Positions 1 through 12,212 of a stretch of DNA of 59,293 nt are shown here, one piece after another. Source of the DNA: Macrostomum lignano (taxonomy: Eukaryota); contig NIVC01000775.1 of the NCBI GenBank assembly GCA_002269645.1, positions 1 through 59,293 of the forward strand, written 5' to 3'. Positions within the stretch are counted from its first letter, which is position 1, and every line of letters begins with the position of its first letter. The notes under the pieces are model-generated. The model ran no database searches and was not told the origin of the DNA. It worked only from the letters and a program-made list of their open reading frames with translations. Made by a program: the position numbers and the translations under genes.

Positions 1-2368
1 ATATTTATGCCGAGTCAATCTACTTAAATGGCATATATATTTAATATGTACAAAATATCGAAAAAGATCAGTTATTTCCACAAAATCTCTATAAGTTGGC
101 ACATAAAAATCCATATAAAAACTAATATAAAAAGGTATTTCCAATAGACTAAATATTCTTCGATGGCTGCAACTAGTCAGAATAAGCTTTTCTTTCGATC
201 CAAACATTGGAAAAGTCGATACAATACATGTATGCGTGTTGAGTTTTCCGTAGTGTAATTCCGTAGTGTCAGCTTGATCCAAAAGCCAAGGAGTAATCAA
301 GATAAAATAAGATTTTTCAACTTTTGAAAATGTACATACACTTATATGTAGTTATATATTTAGATACGTAGATTTCGAGTTATGCATTACGACTCTGATC
401 TCTACGAACTAAAATTATGTACTCGTTAAACCTTTATTCGCAGTTTGAAATTTTAGAAAAAAGGATAATAAATTTACATGATGCATGTTTGACCACCATA
501 TCAGGATAGGGGTGCAATTTGGTACAAATATTTTCGCCAGACGGTTAGATTTCGCCTGTCGCTCATATGCTGATCCATACGAATAGGTTTTGGTGAATTT
601 CGGGTAGGGAAGTTGAAAGCCTTCCTACTGTACTATGCAATTCTGTTTTTTACTGTATGAAACGGGTGGAAATCTGCGTTACGCTTTTGAGGATTTGCAC
701 CTCCGGTGTACGGACGGAATGCCAACAGACTTTTATTGTTCCGCCAGTCTCGTGCACATAGTGCCGAAAAAATAGCTGTTTGAAATGCAAATTGATTGCG
801 ATGTGCAAGGCAAACGAGCTAGGACTGCTTGAAGGGGAAAACAGGAGAAGAAAATGGGGGCTATGCAATATGCATCCTTCCCTGCATGCTGCTTGCAGCG
901 CTGCCTCTAATGCGATCATTACCCCCCCCTCCCCTCAGCTGCTTCGTTCATTACCGAGTGGAGGAGAGGCTAGCAGCTGCGTGTGCGTCAGGAAAGAGCC
1001 GGCGGTTAAGCTTATGGAGATAGGGGGAACGAAAGGTAACAGAAGCGGGGGGCGGGGCGATCGATTGATTGGGGCCCCCGCTCCGGCCTGTTGTAGCTGG
1101 CCCTATAGCCTGCAATATGCAGACGAAATCAGAGAACTGCTGGGATTTCGAGGGAAGATGCTAGAATCAGCCTCTGGTGGGTAGCGGCCCCGCTGCTTCC
1201 TCCACTCTCGGATCCCTCTCCCCAAGCTTTGCGCTGGGAGCGCGGGAGATCAGTGTGCGGGGATCCGAAGCGCGGCTGGTTTCGTGGGAGGGCTGGTGGA
1301 ATGCGCGAGAGTTTCGGATGGGCGACCACCTTCCCCCCGGATGCTTGTATATTCATGCCGCCATTGGCTCTATCGCTGCTGCTCTATTTGTGCCTGCACG
1401 CAGCTTTTGCCTCCAGCATCCCCGTCCAGATCTCTCTCTCTCTCTCTCTTCGTCTGTTTAACTGGCCTCCCAATCGCGCCTTTTCGTTTTTTTCTCCGTC
1501 ATTCCGACTTGGGGGATCCATGCCTCATAGCTAAAACCTTGCAGACGTTATACATCAGAGCGAGACTTTCCGTCTTTAATTACCCGGTCTGAGCGGATAA
1601 TCAGAAAGCCAAAGGCGATCGCGGCATTTAAGTTTCAGGCAGAGCGACCTTCAGATTATATGAGTTGCCGCCACCAGGTAAACAAGGCATCTATCTCTGT
1701 TTAAAATCATTTTAGTTCATTTGCCTTCCCGCTTTCACTGGGCTTGCATTCTTATTTACCAGCTGCTTAGTGATCTCAAATCATTAAAGTCGTAGCAAAG
1801 AGCACCAGACAATCGTAATCAGTAATTTGTGGTCAAGATAACTGAAATCTACTGATAAAAAAGCAGAAGGTGGCGATGAAGCTATCAATTGTAGATTTTA
1901 GAGATTAGCAGCAGTGTGAGACCGCTACCAGTTCTGCAGATCGACAGATTCTGCAGATGCAAACTTTAGTCGTTTCCGGGGCATAAAAGGCTTGACACTA
2001 AAGGAGCAAAAATGAAACTTTCTACCTGACAAGTTGCGACAAAGTTGTCTGTTACTCAGCCACAAGTAGCAAGTCTACTCTTCCTACTACTTTAAATGCT
2101 TTAATACTTAATAAACCCTAAATCCGTAAGATCAAGGGATGACTAGTAAAACTATTCATGCGATATTTTCCATACGAAAATAATCTGTCTTACCTTTAAC
2201 AGTAACTGTGCAACTCAACGCCACAGCGAACTCACTTCTGGATTGCCTCAATGGAAGACGGCATTCCCTAAGAAGCTCCAAGTCCAGCAGCAAAATACAG
2301 AAGCCTCTGGAAAATCAGAATCAATTGCATATTCGTGACTTGACACAGCCTCCTCCTGGCGTAATAAA

Positions 2369-5300
2369 ATGCTGAAGAGCGTCTTCAAAACCTTCCAGAA
2401 GCAGGGCGCCGTTGAGATTCAGGTGGATCCGGGTGAGCAGTTACAGTTGAAACATCATTAATACACCTAGATTGCCTTCTCGATACTGTTATAAAGTACT
2501 TATGATGTACAAGGCAGTCATAATGCTATGGCAATTTGATCGTGACCTTGCGTCTGACACACTGAGTCCCGATATTCTGACTGAAACTATACCTATACGT
2601 ATTTAGTCCCCTTACTTGACGTCTTGAACAACTGCAAGGACCACTAGAAGTTACCATTGTATCAGGACGCAAATATTGCAAAATTATTTGAAGGCCCGCT
2701 TGTTTATGTGTATTTGGCGATTCTTGCCTTCAAAAAAGCATCTTACTCGATTGTTTTAAAGAAACTTGCACTACCTTCGAGCCTCAGAAGCTCTAGAATA
2801 GGTGTATTTTACAACAGTACAACGATATCCTCTAGTGGTCCTTGCACAACTGTCGATCATTTCGGTCGCTCGACTCCATGATTTGATATAGCATCTATTT
2901 TCAGCTTAATGGCGAGTTACAGTGGTCATATGGCAACTCGTGAATGCCATTTAATGATATGCAGATCTGCAGATCGGGTATCCTCGGCCACGCCTCTGGA
3001 ACCAAAGCTAATCAACGCAGCACTTGACACTTGCATACAACGCAACAATGTTTTGAAGGCATCTACGTGTATAGGTCGGGTGGATTGGCCACGGGTGCTG
3101 CGGTTTCATTTAACACTAGGATTGTGTGGCTAGCCTCAGTTTTTGCGTTAAAAAATGCGCTTTGGGAATGGAGAGCGGCATTGGGGAGTCGGCAATGCTA
3201 ATCTGCATGCACATGAGAGATTTTAAAGCGGTATTAGAAACTGAGACGCAGGAGATAGGATAGCTAGGGCCGGTACGGGGCAACGGGTCCCGTGACTGCG
3301 CTGCTGATATCTAACAAATGCAAGCAGCTGTACTGCATCTTTGCCCTACAGAGTGCGAGCCACAGTGGAGGGCAGCTGGGGGTGGACAGGGGGCAGACGG
3401 GAGTAACCCGACTTTGCGCTATCCGCAGTTTTTGGTCTCTCGTCCCGTGTGCCTTTGATGGATCGTGCGAGTCAGTCCACATATAGGGTTTGAAAAGCGC
3501 TGGAAGGCCGAAGGTGGGTGACTCGGATCCGATGGCATCGGGAAGCGGCTGGCCATCTGGTGTTTTTAGTGAAACCGCTCTGTTCTTTGCTGTCCCCAGT
3601 GTCTGTGTGGGTGGGAAGCTGACTTTGGCAATGGAGGACGGGCAGATTTCGACCCGCATTTTTCAGAATACGCATTCATTTCGATGCCGGTTGATGTTCG
3701 ATGCTATGCCAGAAATATGTTTATCAACTGTTGGGCATTGCCTTCCCTTTTTCTCTATTTGGTTGATGCAAAATATTTGGCTGTCAGACAGGTTAATTAA
3801 CTTATTTACAAGTAGTACTTATGTATGAGCCGTCAACCCATAAGGCCCTGAACTCGGAGGAAAGCTGCACCTATAAATTATCTGCGACAGCATGCGCTTG
3901 TCTGAAAATTCCTGCGTGTCTCCAGACCATTGCCGAACTGTTAATTGTACCTTTTAGACGAAACGGACCCGAATGTGCTAAAGAAGAAGGTGGAAATCAA
4001 GAAAAACAGAAATGTGGAAAAAGACTACATCATCGAGGAGGTCATTGGGAAGTGAGTGAGATCGTTTCTTAAAATTTTTCTCAACATCAAAGAGCATATA
4101 TATTTTTTAATCAAGTTTATTCCGTTTTTAATCATCATTAAACCGTTTCTAAGCGTGTGCAATGAGTCTAGGGAGAAAATGGGAGAAAATAGAAGTTTAG
4201 AATACAAACTATGTTCGATTTTGTTAGTAATTTAATAGAATTTATGCATCAATTTCTGCACAATATCCCAATGACAGCGGCCGATTCGGCGAGGTGCACA
4301 AGTGCACCGAAAGGTCCACTTCAAAGCCGTTCGCAGCCAAGTACGTCGCCACTTCTTGCGAAAACGACAAGGAGAACGTGTGCAGCGAGATCGCCATCAT
4401 GAAGAAGCTGAAGCACCCGCGCCTGCTTCAGCTGTACGATGCCTACTTTTTTCGAAATACCTACGTGCTCATCTTGGAGCTGTGAGTTTCGGGGGAGCTC
4501 CTCTAGGCTGCTGATCAGATGCATATTTACAGTAAACTGAGGCTCATGTATTATCAAATATTAAAATGCTGTTTCACTGTAATAATAATAATAATAATAA
4601 TTCATTACACCTGCTTAAATTGGCGGATATGCAACCGACAGCTCAGCCGCAGCTATTGCGCGGCGCATATGAAGGCCGCGTACGGCTGTTCAGTCCAAGG
4701 ACTGGGGGGTTGCCACACATACCCTCAATTACCCCAGCTAATGCTGGCACCCATTTTACAGTTGGGTGAACTGAAGCAATGCAGAGTTAAGTGTCTTTCT
4801 CAGGGACACAAATTGTTCCGAGTGGGTCGAGAATCGAACCCCCGACCTTCAAGTCGTGAGTCCGACGCTCTGACCACTAGGCTACAACTCTATAGAGATT
4901 CTGGCGGCGAACTGGCGGCAAACAGTCGCTAATTAACTCACTGTAAACTTGTATAAAATTTCCCGGCCAGCTAGTTGTTAGCCGAAATATTCACAATGCA
5001 AAAAGACCATCTAATAGCACCGATCTGGGGGCAGAGTAGCTTAATGGTAAACGCGTCTTACTCCCGCATCAGGACTTCTGGTTTGACACCGCACACCATG
5101 TGTCAGCATGTCTACGAGTGCGTACGGTAGTATGTGCTCAGGGTGGGCAGAACTGCCACAGCGCTGGTTTCGGGACGATGTCACCGTAGACGTTGCGCCG
5201 GGTGCCCGCAACCCTCTTGCGATTATTTATTATTATTATTATTATTATGAAATTGATTTCTAATTCCAGCATAACTGGCGGTGAACTATTTGACCGGGTC

Positions 5301-8300
5301 ATCGATGAAAGCTTCGATCTGACGGAAGCGAAGTGCGAAAAGTTCATGCGAGAGATCTGCGAGGGCATTGAGTACATCCACTCGCAGAATGTTATTCACC
5401 TAGATCTTAAGGTTGGCATCTGTGAATTTAAATATAACTGTAAGCCTGGCTGTTTCCATTAACGAATTGCCGACCACCTCCCACAGCCGGAGAATATTCT
5501 GTGCCTGACTCGCACCGGCTACCGCATCAAGATCATCGACTTCGGCCTGTCCCGCTACTGCGCCCCGGACCTGCGCGTCATGTTCGGCACGCCGGAGTTC
5601 GTGTCGCCCGAGGTGCTGGCCTACGAGTCGATCGGTCCGCCTGCTGACATGTGGTCCGTCGGTGTAATCTGCTACGTCCTGTGAGTCGCTAACTAATCCA
5701 GTTGGTTGATAGTAGCAGAGCCGCTCTGACTTTCGCGTCACGACCCCTGCTTCGAATCTGTGTGCGGCAGAATTGATTTGCGGCTTGAGAACGTAAAATT
5801 AGCCGGAGGTTGTCGTGCGATTCACAGCCGTGAGGGCCAGCCCCCAAGGCACAGAGAGTGTACATGCCTGACGATTAGAAAGTCAGGGCCGCTGTACTCT
5901 TACACCCTGTGGGAGCGTGTGCATGAGTGCGTGTCTGCGTACAGTATTGTGCGCGCTGGTACGCTCGCATGTGCTCAGGGGTCAGCGGAATGGGCAGAAT
6001 TGCATCACCGTTGTGAGACGATCTGGCCGAAGGCGTTGCACTAGGGTGCCCGTAGCCCTCCGCAATTTTTACCAATATTTTGGTTGAGCAACTGAGTATA
6101 CACCATAAAAGTATGCTAAACCATCAAAGCAGCTTCATTAAAGGGAAATCTGTGTATCGTTTCAGCCTTTCCGGACTGTCTCCCTTCATGGGCGACAATG
6201 ACGGCGAGACCTACTCCAACATCGCGAAGGTGTCCTACTCGTTCGAGTTCCCAGAATTTGACGAGATCTCGGCCGATGCCAGGGACTTTGTCAGACGCCT
6301 GCTGCAGAAGGACGCCAAGTGAGTTTAATCGATTCGTTTGCTTATTTGAAAGTCGAACCAGATCTGGAGGCGCCGTGGGGTACGGGAAAGACATGCAGGC
6401 ATTGCAATGCGGCAATGCACTTTTGGTGAATGTAGGGCGCACATCATACCAAGGACTACTTTAGTATACAAGGACGTAAAGCTCTTTAATCGTGTAATTT
6501 TTGGAGGCCCATTTCTTGGAAAAATACACTGCGGAGAATAGGGAAAATTCGTTTTTTTTCATAAGCCCAAAGTTGTATGCACGAAGGAACTAATTTTCAT
6601 TGAAATTGAATTGTACCTTCAAAATAGTGGCTTTAAAATACCTGCGTGCAACATTTTTATTACAAATACACTCGATTCAAGAATGAACAAAACGAAAAGT
6701 TAAGCTAGTGCCACTTGGGAGTGTTTACGATTTTGGGCTTATGAAAAAAAAAGAAAACAATAGGAAAATAAAACTTTAACAACACAACTACACAGAATAT
6801 AACTGAGAATTATAGAAATGGTAATCTTCACTGCCACAATTCCAATGCAATCATTGATTTTGTAATGCAGTGTATTATTTCCAAGAAATTGGCCTCCTAA
6901 AATGCACGATTTTTAGGTTTTATGTCCTGTCATACTACAGTGGTCCTTGCATCATACTTGGTACACGTCCAGAAAGACCGAATTCAATAGGTAAACGTTA
7001 TCATTCCAATAAGGATTACAAAGTGTACTAGTCAATTCTTTTTCTGCTTTCCGGGAGCAACCGACCGTACATCCGCAATCTTTGACCAGATCGCTCAAAA
7101 GAAGAACTCCCTGTTTCTCGACAACACCTTGAAATTCTGCGTGATTGCTTGCAACGCAATAGAAAAAACTTTTTTTCAGACTTAACACTTTTCGCGTAGC
7201 TCTATTTTTAATATGTATGTTAAAAGTTAACTCCTTCGTAAGAGCCTTCTTGCGAACGAATTTGGCTGCAGAAACTCCATATAATCCTAATTCTACTGGC
7301 CGTAGTCGGCAGACAAAACCAGCTTTGGCATTTGCGATTGCACATGACTCTTCGGCGCCCCCTCCCCGGAAAAAGGTATTAGATAAGTACAAGTTTTGGC
7401 ATAGAATTTTTCATCTGCAGATCAGATAAACAGCGGCTTGCCGGCTTTGGACAGCGCGCAGTCTTCTATCATCTATCAGAATCGAAAAGCAGCCTTTGCT
7501 TGTGTCATCATATTCGCGACAAACTATTGAGGGTACCATTATTCTCTGTCCGAAGGCATAATAAATGCATAAGCTTCAGGCAACACTTTTCTAATCATTT
7601 CTCGCACTGAGGTGGTCGAACTTGTTAAGAATAACGACTGTGCCATTGGTCAAGTAAATAATGTTTAGCCTATAGGTGCGGAGAGAGTGTGTGAGTGGGT
7701 AGTCAATAGCAACCTGGTCGATACGGGTCGGGCGTGCGCAGGAATAGAGATAGACAAGGCAGCCCCGCAGCGCCCAAGTCTGGACCGGCCGGTTCGTCAA
7801 TCACGCGCACACCGCCAGAGAGGAAAGAAAATAGCAAAAGAAAAGACGAACCGAGAGAATGCCAAGCTAAACGGACAACAGAGGATAGGAACTTTTCTGC
7901 GCTTCCACCTCTGCTAGTTTCTTCCCATTATTCATGGCAAATAGTAGTTTCCTTTAAGGAACGTACGCTCGTACAGTATATAATTGCCGTATCGCTGATG
8001 CACTCACTCCTTGAGTATGCTCTAAAGAGACAAAGTTGGCCAATATCTTTATTTTGATTTTAACTTTCTATTTGTTTACATTCTACGCACATGCCATTTA
8101 ACTTTCTCGATGTACATGCTCTCTCCCGTTAACACAATGATCAATTCCTGCAATTTTAGGAGTCGCCTCACAGCAAGCCAGTGTCTGAGGCACTCTTGGC
8201 TGAAGGTGAATCTTCACTTTATTATTTTGCTTCAAATGTACGAGTATTCGGCTGTTCTTGAGTGCACGTGAACCGGAACGATATTAAGCGTCGCTATAAT

Positions 8301-9650
8301 TTCCTTTACAGGACCCCGAAGCCAGCACTCACCAGGGCCATGTCTGCAAAAGACGTTTGAAGAGCTGGGTCTATCGCAGAAAGTGGCACGTAAGTAAATT
8401 TAGCTTTCCCCAGGAGGGGTATTTGTCAAATTTCTTGAAAAATTGCAGTTTAGGTAGTTCAGGGGTCGGCAAAATCCGGCCCGCGGGCCACATGAGGCCT
8501 ACAAAGCATCTTTATCTGACCCTAGGGTCCTTTAAAGCTTTTCAACAGCAATCTGGCTCGCTTAAGGTTTGTCTCTCCTCTCCTCTCTCTTCTCTCTCCT
8601 TTTCTCTCCCCCACTCCCCTCTCTCCCCCTCTCCTCTCTCTCCCTCTCTCCTCTCTTCTCTCTACCACTCCTATATCCTCCCCTCCCTCCCATTTTCTCT
8701 CTCTCCCCTCTCTCCCTTCTCTCGTCTCCGCTCTTGTCTTTCCTCTTATCTTTTTTATTCTTCTCTTATCCCATCTCTTGCCTCTTTCTTCTTTCTTCTC
8801 TTATCTTTTATTCGCTCTCTCTTTTTCACTCTTATCTGGCCCGCAGCCATGAGCTGGATTCTTCATCTGATGTAGTTAAAACCAATAAGAAAACTCGATC
8901 TTTCTGCTAGTATTAAAATGAGTAAATTAAACTCGGTTGCAGAAAGCATTCAACGCCATCATCGCGCTAATCAGAATGGGAGGCAAATTGAATGAGACTG
9001 ATGCAACAAAAGACACCGGCACCTCGAGCAATAAAACCGGCGCACCAAATACCGCAGAAACATCAAGCAACATTGGAAACCCTGAAGCGCCGAGCAAAAT
9101 CGAAAAATCAAACACCGGAACACCAAGTAGCACCGAAAAATTGAGTACCGAAACGCCAAGCAACAACGAAAAATCAAACACCGGAACACCAAGCAACACC
9201 GGAAAATCGACTGACGGAACACCGAGCAGCACCGAAAAATTGAGTACCGAAACGCCAAGCAACAACGAAAAATCAAACACCGGAACACCAAGCAACACCC
9301 AAACATCAAGTAACACCGACAAATCGAACACCGGAACACCGAAAAACACCGAAAAATCAAATACGGGAACACCCATAACCACCGGAAAATCGAACACCGG
9401 TAACACCGGAAAATGGAGTACCGGTAACACCGGAAAATGGAAAACCGGAAGTTGGAACACCGGAACGCCGAGTAACACCGGAAAATGGAACACCGGAACA
9501 CCGAGTAACACCGGAAAATGGAACTTTGGAAAATCAAGCATCGGAGAATCGAAAAACACCGGAGCAGCAAGCAAATCAGGAGCACCAATCAAGACGGGAG
9601 CATCAAACAGTGGAACATCGAGCAACAGCGGGCCATCCAAAAAACACTGA
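2369..9650 (+). CDS. MYLK: Myosin light chain kinase-like Ca2+/calmodulin-regulated Ser/Thr kinase (spliced, ~560 aa)
   Basis: Exons 2369-2432, 3958-4051, 4278-4481, 5270-5411, 5487-5680, 6166-6318, 8160-8205, 8312-8389, 8943-9650. All introns are GT-AG and phases agree (1683 nt). Motifs: IGNGRFGEV (Gly loop), FAAKYV, LILELITGGELFDRV, IHLDLKPENIL, IKIIDFGL, FGTPEFVSPE, DMWSVGVICY, LSGLSPFMG, RLTASQCLRHSWL. These are followed by RRKWH/KAFNAIIALIRM, matching the MLCK calmodulin-binding helix. The first exon is the least certain. Confidence 0.92.
2633..2846. mobile_element. Small MITE-like element with 16-bp perfect inverted repeats
   Basis: TGCAAGGACCACTAGA at 2633-2648 and its exact reverse complement at 2831-2846. 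It lies in MLCK intron 1. A related end occurs at 6938-6950. Confidence 0.5.
4580..4885 (-). mobile_element. tRNA-derived SINE family 1 (CORE-like central domain, (ATT)n tail)
   Basis: Minus strand reads TAGTGGTCAGAGC (A box) ... GGTTCGATTC (B box), then TGTGTCCCTGAGAAAGACACTTAACTCTGCATTGCTTCAGTTCACCCAACTGTAAAATGGG, and ends in an ATT microsatellite. Five further copies occur in the window. Confidence 0.88.
5027..5248 (+). mobile_element. SINE-like element, family 2 (tRNA-like head, (TTA)n tail)
   Basis: GGGGGCAGAGTAGCTTAATGGTAAACGCG head with a degenerate B box. Shares ATGTGCTCAGGG..GGGCAGAA..GGGTGCCCG with 5790-6070. Ends in (TTA)n. Confidence 0.6.
5790..6070 (+). mobile_element. SINE-like family 2 fragment
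   Basis: GCCTGAC..AAAGTCAGGG and CATGTGCTCAGGGGTCA blocks are shared with 17825-18075. The 3' block is shared with 5027-5248. Confidence 0.5.
6449..6950. mobile_element. Degenerate MITE related to 2633-2846, with an internal ~25-bp inverted repeat
   Basis: Right end AGTGGTCCTTGCA matches the 2633-2846 terminal repeat, and the left end CCAAGGACTACT is a degenerate match. GTAT..AGGACG.AAA...TTTG.AGGCCC is shared. Internal inverted repeat at 6552-6577 / 6726-6750 (TTTTTTTCATAAGCCCAAA). Confidence 0.4.
8460..8872 (+). mobile_element. hAT/Charlie-like MITE with internal CT-rich tract (right TIR not evident)
   Basis: Starts CAGGGGTCGGCAAAATCCGGCCCGCGGGCC, has a ~260-bp pyrimidine tract, and carries the family block GGCCCGCAGCCATGAGCTGGATTC also seen at 32913-33518 and 48839-49247. 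Confidence 0.75.
8985..9640 (+). repeat. Coding tandem repeats in the MLCK terminal exon (NTGTPSNTGK[W/S]-like)
   Basis: Repeated AACACCGGAACACC(G/A)AG units preserve frame. STEKLSTETPSNNEKSNTGTPSNT is present twice. Confidence 0.85.
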
Positions 9651-12212
9651 AACCTCAAAGCGCATCTCAGCTGAGTAGACGAGCATGGTTTTTTGCTTTG
9701 AATACTTCACGATCCTCACAATGAGTTTCAGGGGATGGGTCATTCCAAAAATATGTCAATTTTAACAAAAAGTTTTAATTTCTTTAATAAAAAATGATTC
9801 AATGAAGATATTCATAATACAATGCGGAGAAGCAATATATTAATCGAATATACTTCAAACAGAAAGACTATAAATAAGGCGTAAGACATTTGTAGCTGAC
9901 TCTTAAAGCACCTAAATCTCAGCTCAATGCGAAGCAATTCAGAACCGGATGTCTCAACAATGAATCATACGGATGACCTGTCGTCTGCTAACTCTTTTTA
10001 AGCCGCAAATGTAATTCGTAACTCTCTTTCTTTAAACCCTCAATACAATAACGGGTACCTTTGTATTGCTGATAGTTGAACGTGATGTCAATATTTTTAG
10101 CAGATCTCATTGCGCTCAGACATAAACTCCATTTATGCCTTGTATTGTACATGTAAATCCGCTTCACGAATCGCAATTCTGACTCTGTTTTTGATAGCAA
10201 CATCCAGGATGCCCCCCATTTGAAATGCACTGCCGCCAAGGAACACAAATTTATGATCGTATATTTATTAATGACTTAACAAAACGCAACTGCAGCAAGC
10301 ATTGACGCAGCTGTAGTCTGACCAACTGCCCCATCGCGGGTGCCTATTGTAAAAAATCATTTACTTTTGCGTTTTTGAGATTCTCTCTATTGTGAAACTC
10401 TTTGCAGTACTCCAACAGCTGCATATAACCCTGCTTCGTAGATAATCCCACCACTGTGCTTTATCCACTGTCCTATTTTCACTGTGAACGCCAGTTTTAC
10501 CCATCTGCTCTCCATACCGGATCGAATTTCAGCTTGACTGACGCCCCGCCGCTGCCGTCACTGCCACACTGGAGATATACTTAAACAGATTGCTATAATA
10601 CTCAGTTTCGATAATGAGTCACTGCGACTCTGGACTATAAATAGCTACCAGTATTCGCTTCCCCACACTTGGTGCGATCCTGTTTCCAGGTGGTGGGGAA
10701 TTATTATATAAATTAAAATTGTTAAAAATGAAATTCTCAAAGCAGAGACTGACACAGCAATAATACAATTGAGTTTGTTTTCATTGTTTGCATCAGTGCC
10801 ATCGTAAGGTGAAGAACACTTTGAAACAGAAAGCAGGCAGCAATTTATATTTGAACTACTAAGACTAAAATTCAAAACAAGTCAGGTACAGGTAAGAGCA
10901 GATAAAACTGCAGCATAAACTGGATAAAAAAAGCACAAAAAAGATTTTGCGTTTTAAAAACCGAGTGCCAATCAATCAGTGAGATTAATAGTGCTAATAA
11001 AGATTTAAAAAACCGCTGCAATTGCATAGCAGCTAGTGAAGATCAGAGAGAAATATTATAATTATATTAATAACAGCCGAGCAATATTCACAGTGGAGAA
11101 TGCGTACATGGGATCAGGTTATGACTTGAGCATACAACAGAATGCATAGAACTACTAAGCTACTACAGTAACTATTAAAAAGGTGCCAATGCTAAAACTT
11201 TTAGCCAAAGCAAAAACTGACACGTACTGAAAAAGTAAACAGCATGTACGCGCAGAGATGATTAAAAATCTTCACCGATATAACATAAAAATGTTTATTA
11301 AACACTTCAAGTGTTACTATATGTAGTCGGTCTGTGTGCTTTTATTTTATTATAATATAATACTAAATTTGAAAGAAAAGTTTCAAAAAAACTTAGCAAA
11401 GATTTTTAGCTAAAATTAGAATCGAGTACCTATTGAGCATGAGCAATGTTAGCATGAGCAATAATAATACATTAGCACCCTAAAAGTGTGGCCACGAAGT
11501 CAGTGTGTGCTAGCATTTTAAAAAGAAACGAAAATGCCAGAAAAAAAGATGTTTCTAGGACTATTTGAGTAAAAAAAATTGATGCTAAAAAACACAACTC
11601 AATTTTGTTGAAAAAGCGGATTAAATATAAAAAATCGGTACAATCCCAATCAGTACCACAGATACTAAAATAACTAGATGGGCTGCATATACTTAGTAAA
11701 ACAGCTTTCTACTTTCAGTTCAGTAGCAAAAAAGAATACATAAGCTATTTTATAAAAATAAAGACAGTTGAAATGACTTTGATAGAAGCCCACAAGCTTG
11801 CAGGCGTAAACAACTTGCTAATTGGTTCAGCAATGTACATTAGCCAGTCCACTGAAATGTACATGGCAGCTTTAGGCTGGAATTCTGAGAAAGGCAATAA
11901 AAACTGGGGCGGGGCGGGGGCAGTGTGGAAAGGCGCGGTTGGAGGGTTTAAGCTGGGGAGGGGTAAGAGCAAATAAATGAGCCTTGGCTTTAAAAAATGC
12001 ATTAAAATGCTTCTTTTTAACTTACTACTGAACTGAAAGTAGCTTGCACGCAAATGTACTGAGTGGCCGATCTAGTTATTCTACATCTGTGGTCAGCACT
12101 TAATTTTATTTTAAGCTGTTGTTAGCAAGTTTTTTAGATTTAACTCAGCAGTCTTAGCAATAGTAGTATTACAATTTGCAATGAGCCAGGCTAAGAACAC
12201 ATTAATAAATAA

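Noticed and set aside
650-1592. Several overlapping 64-134-aa ORFs
   Set aside because: No domain similarity or codon bias; more likely the promoter/5' UTR region of the kinase gene or repeat-derived DNA.
3264-3828. GC-rich intronic block with 112-131-aa ORFs
   Set aside because: No recognisable protein, termini or second copy in the window; cannot be classified.
8357-8910. Leu/Ser/Pro-rich ORFs here and at 32876-33446 and 48903-49211
   Set aside because: Translations of the CT tracts of the hAT-like MITE.
8927-9658. 243-aa and 205-aa antisense ORFs (FPVLLGVPVF / RCLIFRC repeats)
   Set aside because: Reverse-frame products of the coding repeat; only the plus frame is spliced to the kinase.
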